A DNA stretch of 64,000 nucleotides, taken from contig JAOTXY010000008.1 in the NCBI GenBank assembly GCA_029862125.1, forward strand, positions 1,411 to 65,410, given 5' to 3'. Made by a program: the position numbers and the translations under genes. The first letter of the stretch is position 1. Every line of letters begins with the position of its first letter. The DNA is from Gammaproteobacteria bacterium. Its GTDB lineage: Bacteria > Pseudomonadota > Gammaproteobacteria > GCA-001735895. The notes beneath the pieces are model-generated. The model saw only the letters and a program-made list of their open reading frames with translations, searched no databases and was not told where the DNA came from. This document shows positions 18,430 to 28,325 of the stretch, one piece after another.

Positions 18430-19389
18430 TTAACGACCCTTTACCTGGACTTCGTAGCCGGCTTCCTCGGGTTCGTCATCGACCATCTCCGGCGGAAATC
18501 CGGGTGCAAGCACTTCGACTTCTGCAACTTCTTCGAGCCGCTTGATGATATTGGGTGACAACTCGCGCGACCCGTAACGCTCCTGGCCTTCCTCGAAAAT
18601 CCGCTGCATCATCGAGGCCAGTTCGAGCTCCAGGCCACCCCGTTTGGCGACATCGTTGAACAGGCCGATATCCTTGCATACCAGGTCCATGGTAAAACTG
18701 ATGTCGCGACTGCCATTCAGGATCACCTGGCTTTCAGTTTCATGCACGAAAGAGTTACCCGAGGAAATTCGAATCGCCTCGTAGGTCGTGTTCAAGTCCA
18801 TACCGGCGACTTTAGAGGTAACCAGCGCTTCGCACAGGCTTAACAGGTTCGCCGTCGCCAGATAATTAGTGACAACTTTTAACACCGAGGCCGAACCGAG
18901 TTCCCCGGTATGCAGAATTCGCCGTCCCATCTTTGTTAGCAGCGGCAGCATGGCTTCGAAGGTCGCGCGTTCGCAGCCGGCGAAGATGGCTATATTACCG
19001 GTCGCAGCACGGTGACAGCCACCGGAAACCGGGCAATCAACCGGCTCGGCGCCAACCGCCCTGACCTTTTCACCGAGGCGCAGCACCTCGTCCTTGTCAG
19101 TGGTACTCATTTCAGCCCAGATCTTGCCCGGACCAAGCCCTGCCAGGGCGCCATCTTCAGCTTCCATCACCATCGCGCTGGCAGCCGGGCTCGGCAGACA
19201 GGTGATCAGGATATCGACGTTTTTCGCCATTTCGCGTGGGCTATCCGCCCATTCGGCGCCGCCGTCGAGAAAAGGTTGTGCAATGTCGGCATCCAGGTCC
19301 CTGACCGTCAGCCTGACACCATTTCGTAACAGGCTGCCGGCAAGCTTGCCGCCAACATTTCCAAGACCAATAAAACCCACTTTAAGCAT
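18430..19389 (-). CDS. NAD(P)-dependent oxidoreductase of the 3-hydroxyisobutyrate dehydrogenase (beta-hydroxyacid DH) family
   Basis: N-terminal Rossmann motif (VGFIGLGNVGGKLAGSLL) and an HIBADH-like core. Confidence 0.7.
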   Translation of the reverse strand: MLKVGFIGLGNVGGKLAGSLLRNGVRLTVRDLDADIAQPFLDGGAEWADSPREMAKNVDILITCLPSPAASAMVMEAEDGALAGLGPGKIWAEMSTTDKDEVLRLGEKVRAVGAEPVDCPVSGGCHRAATGNIAIFAGCERATFEAMLPLLTKMGRRILHTGELGSASVLKVVTNYLATANLLSLCEALVTSKVAGMDLNTTYEAIRISSGNSFVHETESQVILNGSRDISFTMDLVCKDIGLFNDVAKRGGLELELASMMQRIFEEGQERYGSRELSPNIIKRLEEVAEVEVLAPGFPPEMVDDEPEEAGYEVQVKGR

Positions 19390-19566
19390 TTAATTTCACT
19401 CCGATCCCGGTTCAAGACTGCGCGAAATTCTACGCCTCAATCCAAGTCGCGGTAAACAATATTTTTCGCACCACGCAATCGCGAAACATGATGCTGGATT
19501 TGCACCCCGAGCATCTTTATACTCGCGCTGCGTTGAAATCCTTATTCATTAATCGAGACCTGTCTG

Positions 19567-19863
19567 ATGGCTAAACTCACAACCGTATACTGGCGCGATA
19601 TTCCGGCCCAGGTTATCGCCAAGGAACGTCGCGACACGGCCAAAATCGTGCTCACCGAACGCTTCGCCGAAGCAATCGACAAGGCCGCAATGCGCGCAAA
19701 AATGGCCGGCACCGACGCCTACCTGGAGCAGTGGCGACGCGAGGTCGTTAACTGTGGCAAGGACTTACAGGCAGCGGTCGATGAAGCCGCCGCAAAACTC
19801 GAACACGACTTCGACGACGCGCGTCTCGAAACCCTGATAAGCAACGGTGGCAACGAAGGCTGA
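19567..19863 (+). CDS. Small conserved hypothetical protein (98 aa), possibly of the 'virulence factor' (PF13769-like) family
   Basis: A clean ORF beginning MAKLTTVYWRDIPAQV. The family assignment is from memory only. Confidence 0.35.
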   Translation: MAKLTTVYWRDIPAQVIAKERRDTAKIVLTERFAEAIDKAAMRAKMAGTDAYLEQWRREVVNCGKDLQAAVDEAAAKLEHDFDDARLETLISNGGNEG

Positions 19864-19877
19864 TTATTATTGCATAG

Positions 19878-19922
19878 GCGCGCGCAAAACTTTTTTGGCG
19901 AGCAAAAAAGTATTCCGCGCGC
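19878..19922. repeat. 20-bp imperfect inverted repeat (GCGCGCGCAAAACTTTTTTG / CAAAAAAGTATTCCGCGCGC) around a 5-nt loop, in a convergent intergenic region
   Basis: Read directly from the sequence. It lies between two convergent gene ends and could be a bidirectional terminator or a palindromic protein-binding site. Confidence 0.45.
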
Positions 19923-20004
19923 TGTAACTAGTGTCAGCACGTTAACAGGGTCAGAATAACTGGATCGCATAAGCTCAAGCCGCGGGATGACAGTTATTAG
20001 TGTC

Positions 20005-20024
20005 ATTCCGGCGCAAGCCGGAAT
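20005..20024. terminator. 8-bp stem with a GNRA tetraloop (ATTCCGGC-GCAA-GCCGGAAT); probable terminator hairpin for the convergent genes
   Basis: A perfect stem-loop in the 3' region shared by the SRAP gene (-) and the upstream + gene. Confidence 0.4.
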
Positions 20025-20060
20025 CCAGTTCAATAATCCCGCACGCAGTGCGCCTCCTCG

Positions 20061-20708
20061 TTATTCCATTGGTTTAATCAGGTCGGGGCCTTCATTGCGT
20101 GAATTGCTCACGGCGGTGCCGACGGCGTAATACTGGTAGTCGGGGGCAGTATCCAGCAACAGCTGGTCCGCGGCACCGGTTTCATCCGAGCTGCAGTCAA
20201 GCCAGGTCGTGTAATCCTGCGGCGCGATATAAACCGGCATACGTTGATGTAATTCCTGCATTGCCCCCCTGGCTTCGGTCGTCAGTACCGCGCAGGATTG
20301 AATTTCATTACCCTCGGCGTCCTGCCAATGCTCCCAGATACCAGCCATCGAGAACAACTGGTGATCGACATGGCAACAATAGGGCTGCTTACGCCCGTTC
20401 TCGAGCCGCCATTCGTAGAATCCGTTGGCCGGCACCAGGCATCGCCGGCGTTTGTAGGCATTGCGAAAAGAGGGTTTTTCGGCGACGGTTTCAGCACGCG
20501 CGTTGAACATGCGGTTGCCCATGGTGACATCCTTTGACCAGGACGGGATCAGACCCCACCGATACAGGTTGAAGCTGGAATCGCTTAGCGCCAGCACCGG
20601 GATTGTCGGGGCAATGTTGTAACGCACCGTAAACAGGTCAGGAGGTGGTACATTGTAATGCTCGATGATATCGCCCGCCTTGGCGTCCAGGAAAAACCGT
20701 CCACACAT
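20061..20708 (-). CDS. SOS-response-associated peptidase (SRAP/YedK/HMCES family) abasic-site processing protein
   Basis: It starts MCGRF... with the catalytic Cys2, and has the conserved ...NARAETV... and ...RRCLVPANGFYEW... blocks. Confidence 0.85.
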   Translation of the reverse strand: MCGRFFLDAKAGDIIEHYNVPPPDLFTVRYNIAPTIPVLALSDSSFNLYRWGLIPSWSKDVTMGNRMFNARAETVAEKPSFRNAYKRRRCLVPANGFYEWRLENGRKQPYCCHVDHQLFSMAGIWEHWQDAEGNEIQSCAVLTTEARGAMQELHQRMPVYIAPQDYTTWLDCSSDETGAADQLLLDTAPDYQYYAVGTAVSNSRNEGPDLIKPME

Positions 20709-20779
20709 ATTGCCCCCGAATCAACTTTCAAATCCACACGAAAGCCGCATAATAGCGCAGTTTCATTCAACCTAAACAG

Positions 20780-22639
20780 ATGTCGCTGCTGCAGGCTCAA
20801 AATCTTCACCACAGCTTTGGTGACCAACCACTGCTTGATAACGTCAACCTGGCCCTGGAAGCAGGCGAGCGGGTATGCCTGGTTGGGCGCAACGGCAGTG
20901 GTAAATCGACCCTGTTGAAAATTATCGCGGGTGATATCAAGGTCGACGAGGGTGAAATCATCCATGCCGCCGAGTTGCGCATCGCCGAGCTCCGCCAGGA
21001 CGTACCGAAAAACTTTGCCGGCAGCGTCTACGACTGGGTCGCCGAGGGTATCGGCGAACTCGCGGGCGTGATCACCAGCTGGCACCATGCGGCTGTAGAA
21101 TCAGCCACCGATCCCGGTGCACTGGTGCGCATGCAGAACTACCAGGATCAAATCGAAGCACACAACGCCTGGAACCTGGAAACCCGTATTTCGAGCACCA
21201 TTTCGCGTCTGTCGCTGCCCGCTGACCAGCCATTCGACGAATTGTCCGGCGGCATGAAGCGCCGGGTTCTGCTCGGCCAGGCGCTGGTGGCTGAACCCGA
21301 TTTACTGTTACTCGATGAACCCACCAATCACCTCGATATCGATTCGATTCTGTGGCTCGAAAACCTGTTGCTGGGATTCGATGGCACGCTGGTATTTATC
21401 ACCCACGATCGCGACTTCCTGCAGCGTCTTGCCACTCGCATCATCGATCTCGATCGCGGTCAGCTGACGAGCTGGCCCGGTGACTATCACAAGTACCTCG
21501 AGTCTTACGCAGCCCAACTCGAAACCGAGGCTCGACATAATGCGCTGTTCGACAAAAAACTGGCACAGGAAGAAAGCTGGATCCGGCAGGGGATCAAGGC
21601 ACGTCGCACCCGCAACGAGGGCCGCGTGCGGGCACTGGAAAAAATGCGCGCGCAACGGGCACAACGTCGTGAACGCAGTGGTAGCGCCAGGTTGACCGCA
21701 CAACAGGCCGACGCCTCGGGCAAGATCGTGATCGAGGCAGAAAACCTCGGCTTCAGCTGGGATGACAAGCCGATCGTCAGCAATTTCAGCTGCAAGATCC
21801 TGCGTGGTGAAAAGATCGGCATCCTCGGTCCCAACGGTTGTGGAAAATCGACCCTGATCCAACTTTTACTCGGTCAGCTGAAACCGCAAACCGGCTGGAT
21901 CAAAACCGGTACCCGGCTCGAGGTTGCCTATTTCGATCAGCACCGTGAAACCCTGGATCCACAGAAATCGGTACGCGACAATCTCGCGGCGGCGGGCGAC
22001 CAGGTTACGATCAACGGTCGCTCGCGGCATGTTGTCGGTTACCTGAAGGATTTCCTGTTTAGCGAGAAATCGATCCATATGCCGGTCAAGGCATTGTCGG
22101 GCGGCGAACGCAATCGCCTGCTGCTGGCGCGCCTGTTCACCCGTTCCTTCAATCTACTGGTCATGGACGAGCCGACCAACGATCTCGATATCGAAACCCT
22201 CGAATTGCTCGAGACGCTAATCATCGACTACAGCGGTACCCTGCTGCTGGTCAGCCACGACCGCGAATTCATCGACAACACGGTAACCAGTACCCTCGTG
22301 TTTGAAGGTCACGGCCTGGTCAACGAATACGTTGGTGGGTACCAGGACTGGATACGTCAACGTGCACCCCGGGGAACTGCGATCGAGAAATCGATGGCCA
22401 AACAAAAGCCCGTACATAGAACCGACAAACACGGCCCCGAACAAAAGGAATTGCGCGCCCTGCCCGGCAAGATCGAAAAAATTGAGCAATCAATTGAAGC
22501 CCTGCAGTCAAAATTTGCCACCGATAACTACTACCAGCAGGATCAGGAGACGATTCGCGCCGATCAACAACAGTTGAAAACGCTGGAATCCGAGTTGCAG
22601 GCAATGTATCAGCGCTGGGAGGAGCTGGAAGACGGCTAA
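20780..22639 (+). CDS. uup: ABC-F family ATPase Uup
   Basis: Two ABC cassettes (GRNGSGKST; GPNGCGKST) with signature motifs and a C-terminal coiled-coil extension. Confidence 0.8.
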   Translation: MSLLQAQNLHHSFGDQPLLDNVNLALEAGERVCLVGRNGSGKSTLLKIIAGDIKVDEGEIIHAAELRIAELRQDVPKNFAGSVYDWVAEGIGELAGVITSWHHAAVESATDPGALVRMQNYQDQIEAHNAWNLETRISSTISRLSLPADQPFDELSGGMKRRVLLGQALVAEPDLLLLDEPTNHLDIDSILWLENLLLGFDGTLVFITHDRDFLQRLATRIIDLDRGQLTSWPGDYHKYLESYAAQLETEARHNALFDKKLAQEESWIRQGIKARRTRNEGRVRALEKMRAQRAQRRERSGSARLTAQQADASGKIVIEAENLGFSWDDKPIVSNFSCKILRGEKIGILGPNGCGKSTLIQLLLGQLKPQTGWIKTGTRLEVAYFDQHRETLDPQKSVRDNLAAAGDQVTINGRSRHVVGYLKDFLFSEKSIHMPVKALSGGERNRLLLARLFTRSFNLLVMDEPTNDLDIETLELLETLIIDYSGTLLLVSHDREFIDNTVTSTLVFEGHGLVNEYVGGYQDWIRQRAPRGTAIEKSMAKQKPVHRTDKHGPEQKELRALPGKIEKIEQSIEALQSKFATDNYYQQDQETIRADQQQLKTLESELQAMYQRWEELEDG

Positions 22640-22679
22640 TTCCGGGTCCGTGCCGCCCGGTCCGGATCTGCCGACGCAA

Positions 22680-23510
22680 TTATTCCAGGTAGTAGCCGGC
22701 GGAAATCAAAATTCCGCGGTGAGTATCGGCAATACGCCCCCGCCAGTCGGGATCTTCCGAGGTTATATCGAAACTGAATCGTGTCAGCCCCGCGCCCAGC
22801 ATAAACCTTTTATTGAAACGGTAACGGATATCGAGCTCGTAATTGGTAAACGAACCCTCGGCATCACTGGTGTCGATAAACAATACCTCGGACAGGTAAT
22901 GTAACGACCAGTGTCGATTGATCGCATAGGACATACGAACGCCGAACATCGGCAGCGGACCACTGGCTTTGGACGTATCCGCGGAGGAGCCATCGACGCG
23001 CTCATATTCGAATTCGTAATCCGTCATGTTTATCCCGGCGGTCAAGGCGAGCTCTACTTGCGGCGAATGGTAAAACGAGTAAGCGTAACCAAGCTTGAGT
23101 ACTTCGTAGCTAATATTCGATACCACGGTGTCGCCAACAGCATAAGTCTGATCGCCGATATCAAGGTCGATCGCCAGCAGATTCCTGCCGTCGCGTTCGA
23201 TGCGAAGTTTGGAAATTTCGATCCTGTGCACATCCTTGAATCGAAAATAGCCGTCAAGCCTGGGAACAGTCACCTGGTCATCGCCCCCCAGGTCGTCGAC
23301 AAAACTAAATCCTGTACCGATCTGGTCGCTCGACAAAACCGTCAAATCCGTATCCGCATCCCGTATTGCGTAGGACGAAAGCCGGATCACGAATTTTTCG
23401 GCAAAAGCAGGTTGCGCAGCGGCGCTGCCCGCTGACGGCAACAGCAGCGTCATCACGATACCGATGGTTAGTCTGACCAACCAGTTACAACGGGACTCGA
23501 TACAACTCAT
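22680..23510 (-). CDS. Secreted beta-rich hypothetical protein (possible outer-membrane protein)
   Basis: A signal-peptide-like hydrophobic N-terminus (…IGIVMTLLLPSAGSAAAQPAFA). The mature part has alternating hydrophobic residues and many aromatics. The exact start is uncertain. Confidence 0.4.
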   Translation of the reverse strand: MSCIESRCNWLVRLTIGIVMTLLLPSAGSAAAQPAFAEKFVIRLSSYAIRDADTDLTVLSSDQIGTGFSFVDDLGGDDQVTVPRLDGYFRFKDVHRIEISKLRIERDGRNLLAIDLDIGDQTYAVGDTVVSNISYEVLKLGYAYSFYHSPQVELALTAGINMTDYEFEYERVDGSSADTSKASGPLPMFGVRMSYAINRHWSLHYLSEVLFIDTSDAEGSFTNYELDIRYRFNKRFMLGAGLTRFSFDITSEDPDWRGRIADTHRGILISAGYYLE

Positions 23511-23663
23511 TTTTACTCCCAGGTTTTGGAGCCAGGCAGAACGGATCGGCGCGCTGGTCTGTTAATCGCCATTATGCAAAATAGTGGTGAATTCGAATCT
23601 TGTTGATGAGACCATAGTCCGCATTGGCCGCCACGGCAATTTGAATTATAAAATCGAATTGTC

Positions 23664-24137
23664 TCAGCTCCGGGAGATATCCAGCCACTCACCGTCGGTG
23701 ATTTGCTGCAACTGCTCGGGATTCATACAAAAAATCGATTCCGGGGTGCCAGCCGCAGCCCAGATTTTACGTTGACGCAACAGCGACCGATCCAGCAGCG
23801 TGGTTAAAGCATTGGCATGTGCCACTGGTGGCACCCCGCCAATCGCAAACCCGGTTTGTCGCCTGACAAAATCGGCATCGGCTTTGCCGAGCTCGATCCC
23901 GGTTTCAAATTGCACTTTTTGCAGATCGACACGGCGATCCCCGGCACACATAACAAGCACCGCCTCGTCACTCGCGAGGTCCCGGAATATCAGCGAATTG
24001 GCAATCTGGCCGACCTCGCAGCCGAGTGCATCGGCGGCCAACTGCGCGGTCCGCACCGCGGCAGGCAGAATCCTGATCTCGCATTTCAGTCCAGCCTGTT
24101 GCAGACAGGCCTTCACCTTAAGGTTGGCGGGTTTCAT
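23664..24137 (-). CDS. YbaK/ProX-family aminoacyl-tRNA deacylase
   Basis: About 157 aa with YbaK-like blocks (…QIANSLIF…, …GFAIGGVPP…). Confidence 0.6.
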   Translation of the reverse strand: MKPANLKVKACLQQAGLKCEIRILPAAVRTAQLAADALGCEVGQIANSLIFRDLASDEAVLVMCAGDRRVDLQKVQFETGIELGKADADFVRRQTGFAIGGVPPVAHANALTTLLDRSLLRQRKIWAAAGTPESIFCMNPEQLQQITDGEWLDISRS

Positions 24138-24205
24138 TGAAACTAACACTACTTTCGCGGCCTGAAATGCTATGATGCCGACATTCTACAGGATCAAATA
24201 ACCGA

Positions 24206-25492
24206 GTGAAAAACAGAGAGGCGAGTTCAGATAAGTTAATCGTTTTATCCCGAAACCAGCACACTATCTCAAGAAAATCGATATCCGATTCTGCGCTCAA
24301 AGTGTTATATCGGCTGTCCAAATCAGGCCACAGGGCCTGCCTGGTTGGTGGGGGTGTTCGCGACTTACTGCTCAAGATACAACCCAAGGATTTTGACGTG
24401 GCTACCGATGCCACGCCGGAAGAAGTACGTGGCCTGTTTAAAAACAGCCGCATTATCGGACGTCGATTCCGCCTGGTTCATATCCGTTTCGGAAGAGACA
24501 TCATCGAAGTCGCCACCTTTCGCGCTCATGACGAGGATTCGCCGAAAACCGAGCTCGATACCCACGGACGCATATTGCGCGATAACACCTTTGGTGAAAT
24601 CGAGGAAGACGCGATACGCCGTGATTTCACCGTCAATGCGCTCTACTACGACATCCATGACTACGCAGTGCTCGACTACGTCGGTGGACTGGAAGATATC
24701 GACAAGCGACAGTTACGCCTGATCGGTGACGCGGCAACACGCTACCAGGAAGACCCGGTGCGCATGCTGCGCGCGGTACGATTTGCCGCCAAACTCGATT
24801 TTTCAATCGAAGCCTCCTCCGCCAGCGCGATCCATGAATATGGCCACCTGCTGGCGGTGATACCACCGGCACGCATGTTCGATGAAGTGATCAAGCTGTT
24901 TCACTCGGGCAATGCCGTGCGCGTGTTCGAGTTATTGCGCGAATACCGACTGCTAAAGTACCTGGTGCCGGAGCTCGACGAATGGGTGCAACATGAACCC
25001 AACGAAATGATGCTCGATTTTATCGACCAGGCGCTGGTCAATACCGATAACCGGGTCAACACCGGTCAACCGGTATCACCGGCATTTATTTTTGCAGTGC
25101 TGCTGTGGCCGGCGGTACAGGAACAGGCAAGCCGGTTACAACCTGATAAACAGAAATTGATTCCTGCATTGGCCCAGGTCGGCGAAACCGTGATGAAGCG
25201 CCAGGTGCGCCATGTCTCGATCCCGCGACGCTTCAGCCAGATGGCGCGTGATATCTGGACTTCGCAGCCTCGCTTCTACCGCACCCAGGGCAAGCAACCA
25301 CTGCGCATGATAGGGTACCCGGTATTCCGGGCGGCCTATGACTTCATGCTGATACAGTCGATGGTGGGTTTATTCCCGCACAAACTGAGCCACTGGTGGA
25401 CCGACTTTCAAAGCCAACACGAGGTTACGCCCGAGCCAGCCCGGAAAAGAAAACAGCGACCGCGGCGGCGGCCAAGACGCAATGCCAGTTGA
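24206..25492 (+). CDS. pcnB: Poly(A) polymerase I
   Basis: Nucleotidyltransferase motif CLVGGGVRDLLL...DFD, about 428 aa, with a basic C-terminus. folK lies downstream, as in other gammaproteobacteria. Confidence 0.85.
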   Translation: MKNREASSDKLIVLSRNQHTISRKSISDSALKVLYRLSKSGHRACLVGGGVRDLLLKIQPKDFDVATDATPEEVRGLFKNSRIIGRRFRLVHIRFGRDIIEVATFRAHDEDSPKTELDTHGRILRDNTFGEIEEDAIRRDFTVNALYYDIHDYAVLDYVGGLEDIDKRQLRLIGDAATRYQEDPVRMLRAVRFAAKLDFSIEASSASAIHEYGHLLAVIPPARMFDEVIKLFHSGNAVRVFELLREYRLLKYLVPELDEWVQHEPNEMMLDFIDQALVNTDNRVNTGQPVSPAFIFAVLLWPAVQEQASRLQPDKQKLIPALAQVGETVMKRQVRHVSIPRRFSQMARDIWTSQPRFYRTQGKQPLRMIGYPVFRAAYDFMLIQSMVGLFPHKLSHWWTDFQSQHEVTPEPARKRKQRPRRRPRRNAS

Positions 25493-25973
25493 AGAGGTTT
25501 TTGTTGCGCTCGGTGGCAATATCGGTGATTCGCAAACCATCATTGGGGAGGCCCTGGCCGCACTCGGCAATATCAGCCAGACCCGTTTGCGTGGGAGTTC
25601 GTCGCTGTATCGCAGCGAAGCAATCGGCGATATTCCGCAGGATGACTACATCAACGCTGTTGCCCTGCTGGATTGCAGTTTAGAGCCGACGGCATTGCTG
25701 CTCGAATTGCAGGCAATCGAACATGCCTATTACCGGCGCCGTGAGCAGGAAGAACGTTGGGCACCGCGTACCCTGGATCTCGATATCATCCTGTTTGGCG
25801 ACCGCAGCTTCAATGACAGCCACCTGATCATCCCACACCCGGAATTTGCGCAGCGCTTATTTGTCCTCGAACCGATGTTTGAAATCGGTGGTGATCGTTT
25901 TATTCCCGGATACGGAAGTCTGCGTTATCTTATCGATAATGCACCCGCAATCTCGCTGGAGAAGTTGTCCTGA
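25482..25973 (+). CDS. folK: 2-amino-4-hydroxy-6-hydroxymethyldihydropteridine diphosphokinase
   Basis: VFVALGGNIGD..., ...LDLDIILFGD..., ...HPEF.... It overlaps the pcnB stop. Confidence 0.85.
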   Translation: MPVEEVFVALGGNIGDSQTIIGEALAALGNISQTRLRGSSSLYRSEAIGDIPQDDYINAVALLDCSLEPTALLLELQAIEHAYYRRREQEERWAPRTLDLDIILFGDRSFNDSHLIIPHPEFAQRLFVLEPMFEIGGDRFIPGYGSLRYLIDNAPAISLEKLS

Positions 25974-25977
25974 CCCA

Positions 25978-26625
25978 ATGAATGAGCAATTTCGTTACAT
26001 CGTGATTGAAGGCCCGATCGGGGTCGGAAAAACCAGTCTTGCCAGCAAGCTGGCCGATGAATTCGGTAGCGAGTTACTGTTGGAGAAGGCCGAGGAGAAT
26101 CCGTTTCTCGCCAACTTCTACCAGAACCCACGGCAATACGCGCTGTCAGCGCAATTGCATTTCCTGCTGCAGCGTGCGCAACAGGTTCAGGACTTTCGTC
26201 AGGCAGACATGTTCTATGGTTCCTATATCGCCGACTTCATGGTCGACAAGGACCGCCTGTTTGCACAGATGACATTGAATAAGGATGAACTCGCGCTGTA
26301 CGAACAAATTTATACGCACCTGACGCTGGACGCACCAAAGCCTGACCTGGTGATATACCTGCAGGCGCCGATCGAGACGCTGCGCGAGCGCATCACGCGC
26401 CGTGGTATCGATTACGAGCAACAAATTCGCGACGATTACCTGCTGCGGCTGTCAGAATCCTATACCCGGTTTTTCTACGACTACGATGACGGAGCGCTGC
26501 TTACCGTCAATACCCAGTCGACCGACCTGATCAATAATGCCGAAGATTACAGCGCAATACTGGAAAAAATCAGTAATATCCATTCTGGACGTCACTATTT
26601 CAATCAGTCATCATTCGCCCTCTGA
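25978..26625 (+). CDS. Deoxynucleoside kinase (dNK family)
   Basis: P-loop IEGPIGVGKTS and the dNK-type ERITRRGIDYEQ motif. The start is taken at MNEQF to avoid overlap with folK. Confidence 0.7.
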   Translation: MNEQFRYIVIEGPIGVGKTSLASKLADEFGSELLLEKAEENPFLANFYQNPRQYALSAQLHFLLQRAQQVQDFRQADMFYGSYIADFMVDKDRLFAQMTLNKDELALYEQIYTHLTLDAPKPDLVIYLQAPIETLRERITRRGIDYEQQIRDDYLLRLSESYTRFFYDYDDGALLTVNTQSTDLINNAEDYSAILEKISNIHSGRHYFNQSSFAL

Positions 26626-26639
26626 CGGGCCCCGGCATC

Positions 26640-27458
26640 ATGTATATCCCCAAACCACTCGAAGACAAGATCACCATCCCGCACCTGAAGAAGCTGAAAC
26701 AGCAGGGTGAAAAGTTCGCCTGCCTGACCGCCTATGACTATAGCTTTGCACGGCTGGTCGAGGAATGTGGCGTCGAGATAGTGCTGGTCGGAGATTCGCT
26801 GGGCATGGTCATCCAGGGCCGCGACACCACCATCCCGGTAACACTCGATGACATTCGCTATCATGGCAAGGCCGTCGCCGCGGGCCTGGAAAATGCGATG
26901 CTGATGCTCGACATGCCTTTCGGCTCGGTGAATTCGCCGCAACAGGCTCTCGACAATGCGAGTGAACTGATCAAGCAAACCGAGGCCCAGGTAGTGAAAC
27001 TCGAAGGCTGGGAATCGCAGCTCCAGACCGTGGAAACCCTAGCGCATTTCGGTATTGCAACCTGTGCTCACCTCGGTCTGCAGCCGCAAATGGTGCACAA
27101 GATGGGCGGTTACAGCGTGCAGGGCAAGGCAAAAAACGCTGCCGAGCGAATGCTGGCAACCGCAATCGATCTGCAGGGTGCCGGTGCCGACATTCTGCTG
27201 CTCGAATGCGTACCGGCAAGCCTGGCGGCGAAGATCACCGCTGAACTCGAAATTCCGGTGATCGGCATCGGCGCGGGAGTCGACGTCGACGGACAAATCC
27301 TGGTTCTGCACGACGTGTTGAACATTACCGCGGGCAAGAAACCGAAGTTCTCCAAGAACTTTCTGTCGGGGCAGCCGAGCATTCAGAGTGCGATCAGCCG
27401 CTACGTGCAGGAAGTAAAGCGTGGCAAGTTCCCCGACAAATCACATAGTTTTTCCTGA
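26640..27458 (+). CDS. panB: 3-methyl-2-oxobutanoate hydroxymethyltransferase
   Basis: PanB signature residues (...LTAYDYSFARLV...VLVGDSLGMV..GRDTT...). Confidence 0.9.
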   Translation: MYIPKPLEDKITIPHLKKLKQQGEKFACLTAYDYSFARLVEECGVEIVLVGDSLGMVIQGRDTTIPVTLDDIRYHGKAVAAGLENAMLMLDMPFGSVNSPQQALDNASELIKQTEAQVVKLEGWESQLQTVETLAHFGIATCAHLGLQPQMVHKMGGYSVQGKAKNAAERMLATAIDLQGAGADILLLECVPASLAAKITAELEIPVIGIGAGVDVDGQILVLHDVLNITAGKKPKFSKNFLSGQPSIQSAISRYVQEVKRGKFPDKSHSFS

Positions 27459-27468
27459 GGCCTGAACC

Positions 27469-28320
27469 ATGTACCAGGCCACCAGCGTCACCGAACTGCG
27501 TCAGTACGTGCAACACTGGAAAGATCATGCTCAGTCGATTGCCTTCATCCCGACCATGGGTAACCTGCATGCCGGACACATATCGCTGATCGAAAAAGGC
27601 CAGTCACTGTCCGATCGCACTATCTGCAGCATTTTCGTCAACCCGATGCAGTTCGGACCCAACGAGGATTGGGACCACTATCCGCGCACACTGGACAAAG
27701 ACATCGCGCTGCTCGAGGCGAACGGCTGCGACCTGGTCTACCTGCCATCGGCATCCGAACTCTACCCCGAAGGCCTGGAGCGGATCAGCCATGTGCAGGT
27801 TACCGATTTGACCGATCACTACGAAGGGGCACACCGGCCCGGGCATTTTACCGGGGTCGCGACCGTGGTATTGAAGCTGTTCAACATCGTCAAACCGGAT
27901 GTATCGGTGTTCGGCAAGAAGGATTATCAGCAGTACCGTGTCATCAGCAAAATGGTTGAAGACTTCAACCTCGATGTGCAGATTATCGGCCAGGAAACCA
28001 CGCGCGAGGCATCGGGTCTTGCCACCAGTTCACGAAACCAGTACCTCGATGATGCGCAAAAGGAGCAGGCCGCGCTGATTTACCAGGTTCTGCAGCGAAC
28101 CGCACAGCATATTGACAAGGGCGAGCGCGACTTCGAAATGCTGCAGGCGCGTGCCACCGGAGAGCTGCAGGAAGCCGGTTTTAAAACCGATTATTTCTGC
28201 ATCTGTAACGCCGAAAACCTATTGCCCGCAACAACCGAAGACCGCGACCTCGTGATCCTGGTTACCGCGGCTATCGAGCAGACGCGGCTGCTCGACAACA
28301 TCGAGATTTCGCTCTGGTAA
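27469..28320 (+). CDS. panC: Pantoate--beta-alanine ligase
   Basis: ...FIPTMGNLHAGHISLI..., ...SIFVNPMQF... and ...VFGKKDYQQ.... Confidence 0.9.
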   Translation: MYQATSVTELRQYVQHWKDHAQSIAFIPTMGNLHAGHISLIEKGQSLSDRTICSIFVNPMQFGPNEDWDHYPRTLDKDIALLEANGCDLVYLPSASELYPEGLERISHVQVTDLTDHYEGAHRPGHFTGVATVVLKLFNIVKPDVSVFGKKDYQQYRVISKMVEDFNLDVQIIGQETTREASGLATSSRNQYLDDAQKEQAALIYQVLQRTAQHIDKGERDFEMLQARATGELQEAGFKTDYFCICNAENLLPATTEDRDLVILVTAAIEQTRLLDNIEISLW

Positions 28321-28325
28321 GCGCT

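Noticed and set aside
21308-21862. 184-aa minus-strand ORF inside uup
   Set aside because: It is antisense to an ABC-F gene with two intact cassettes.
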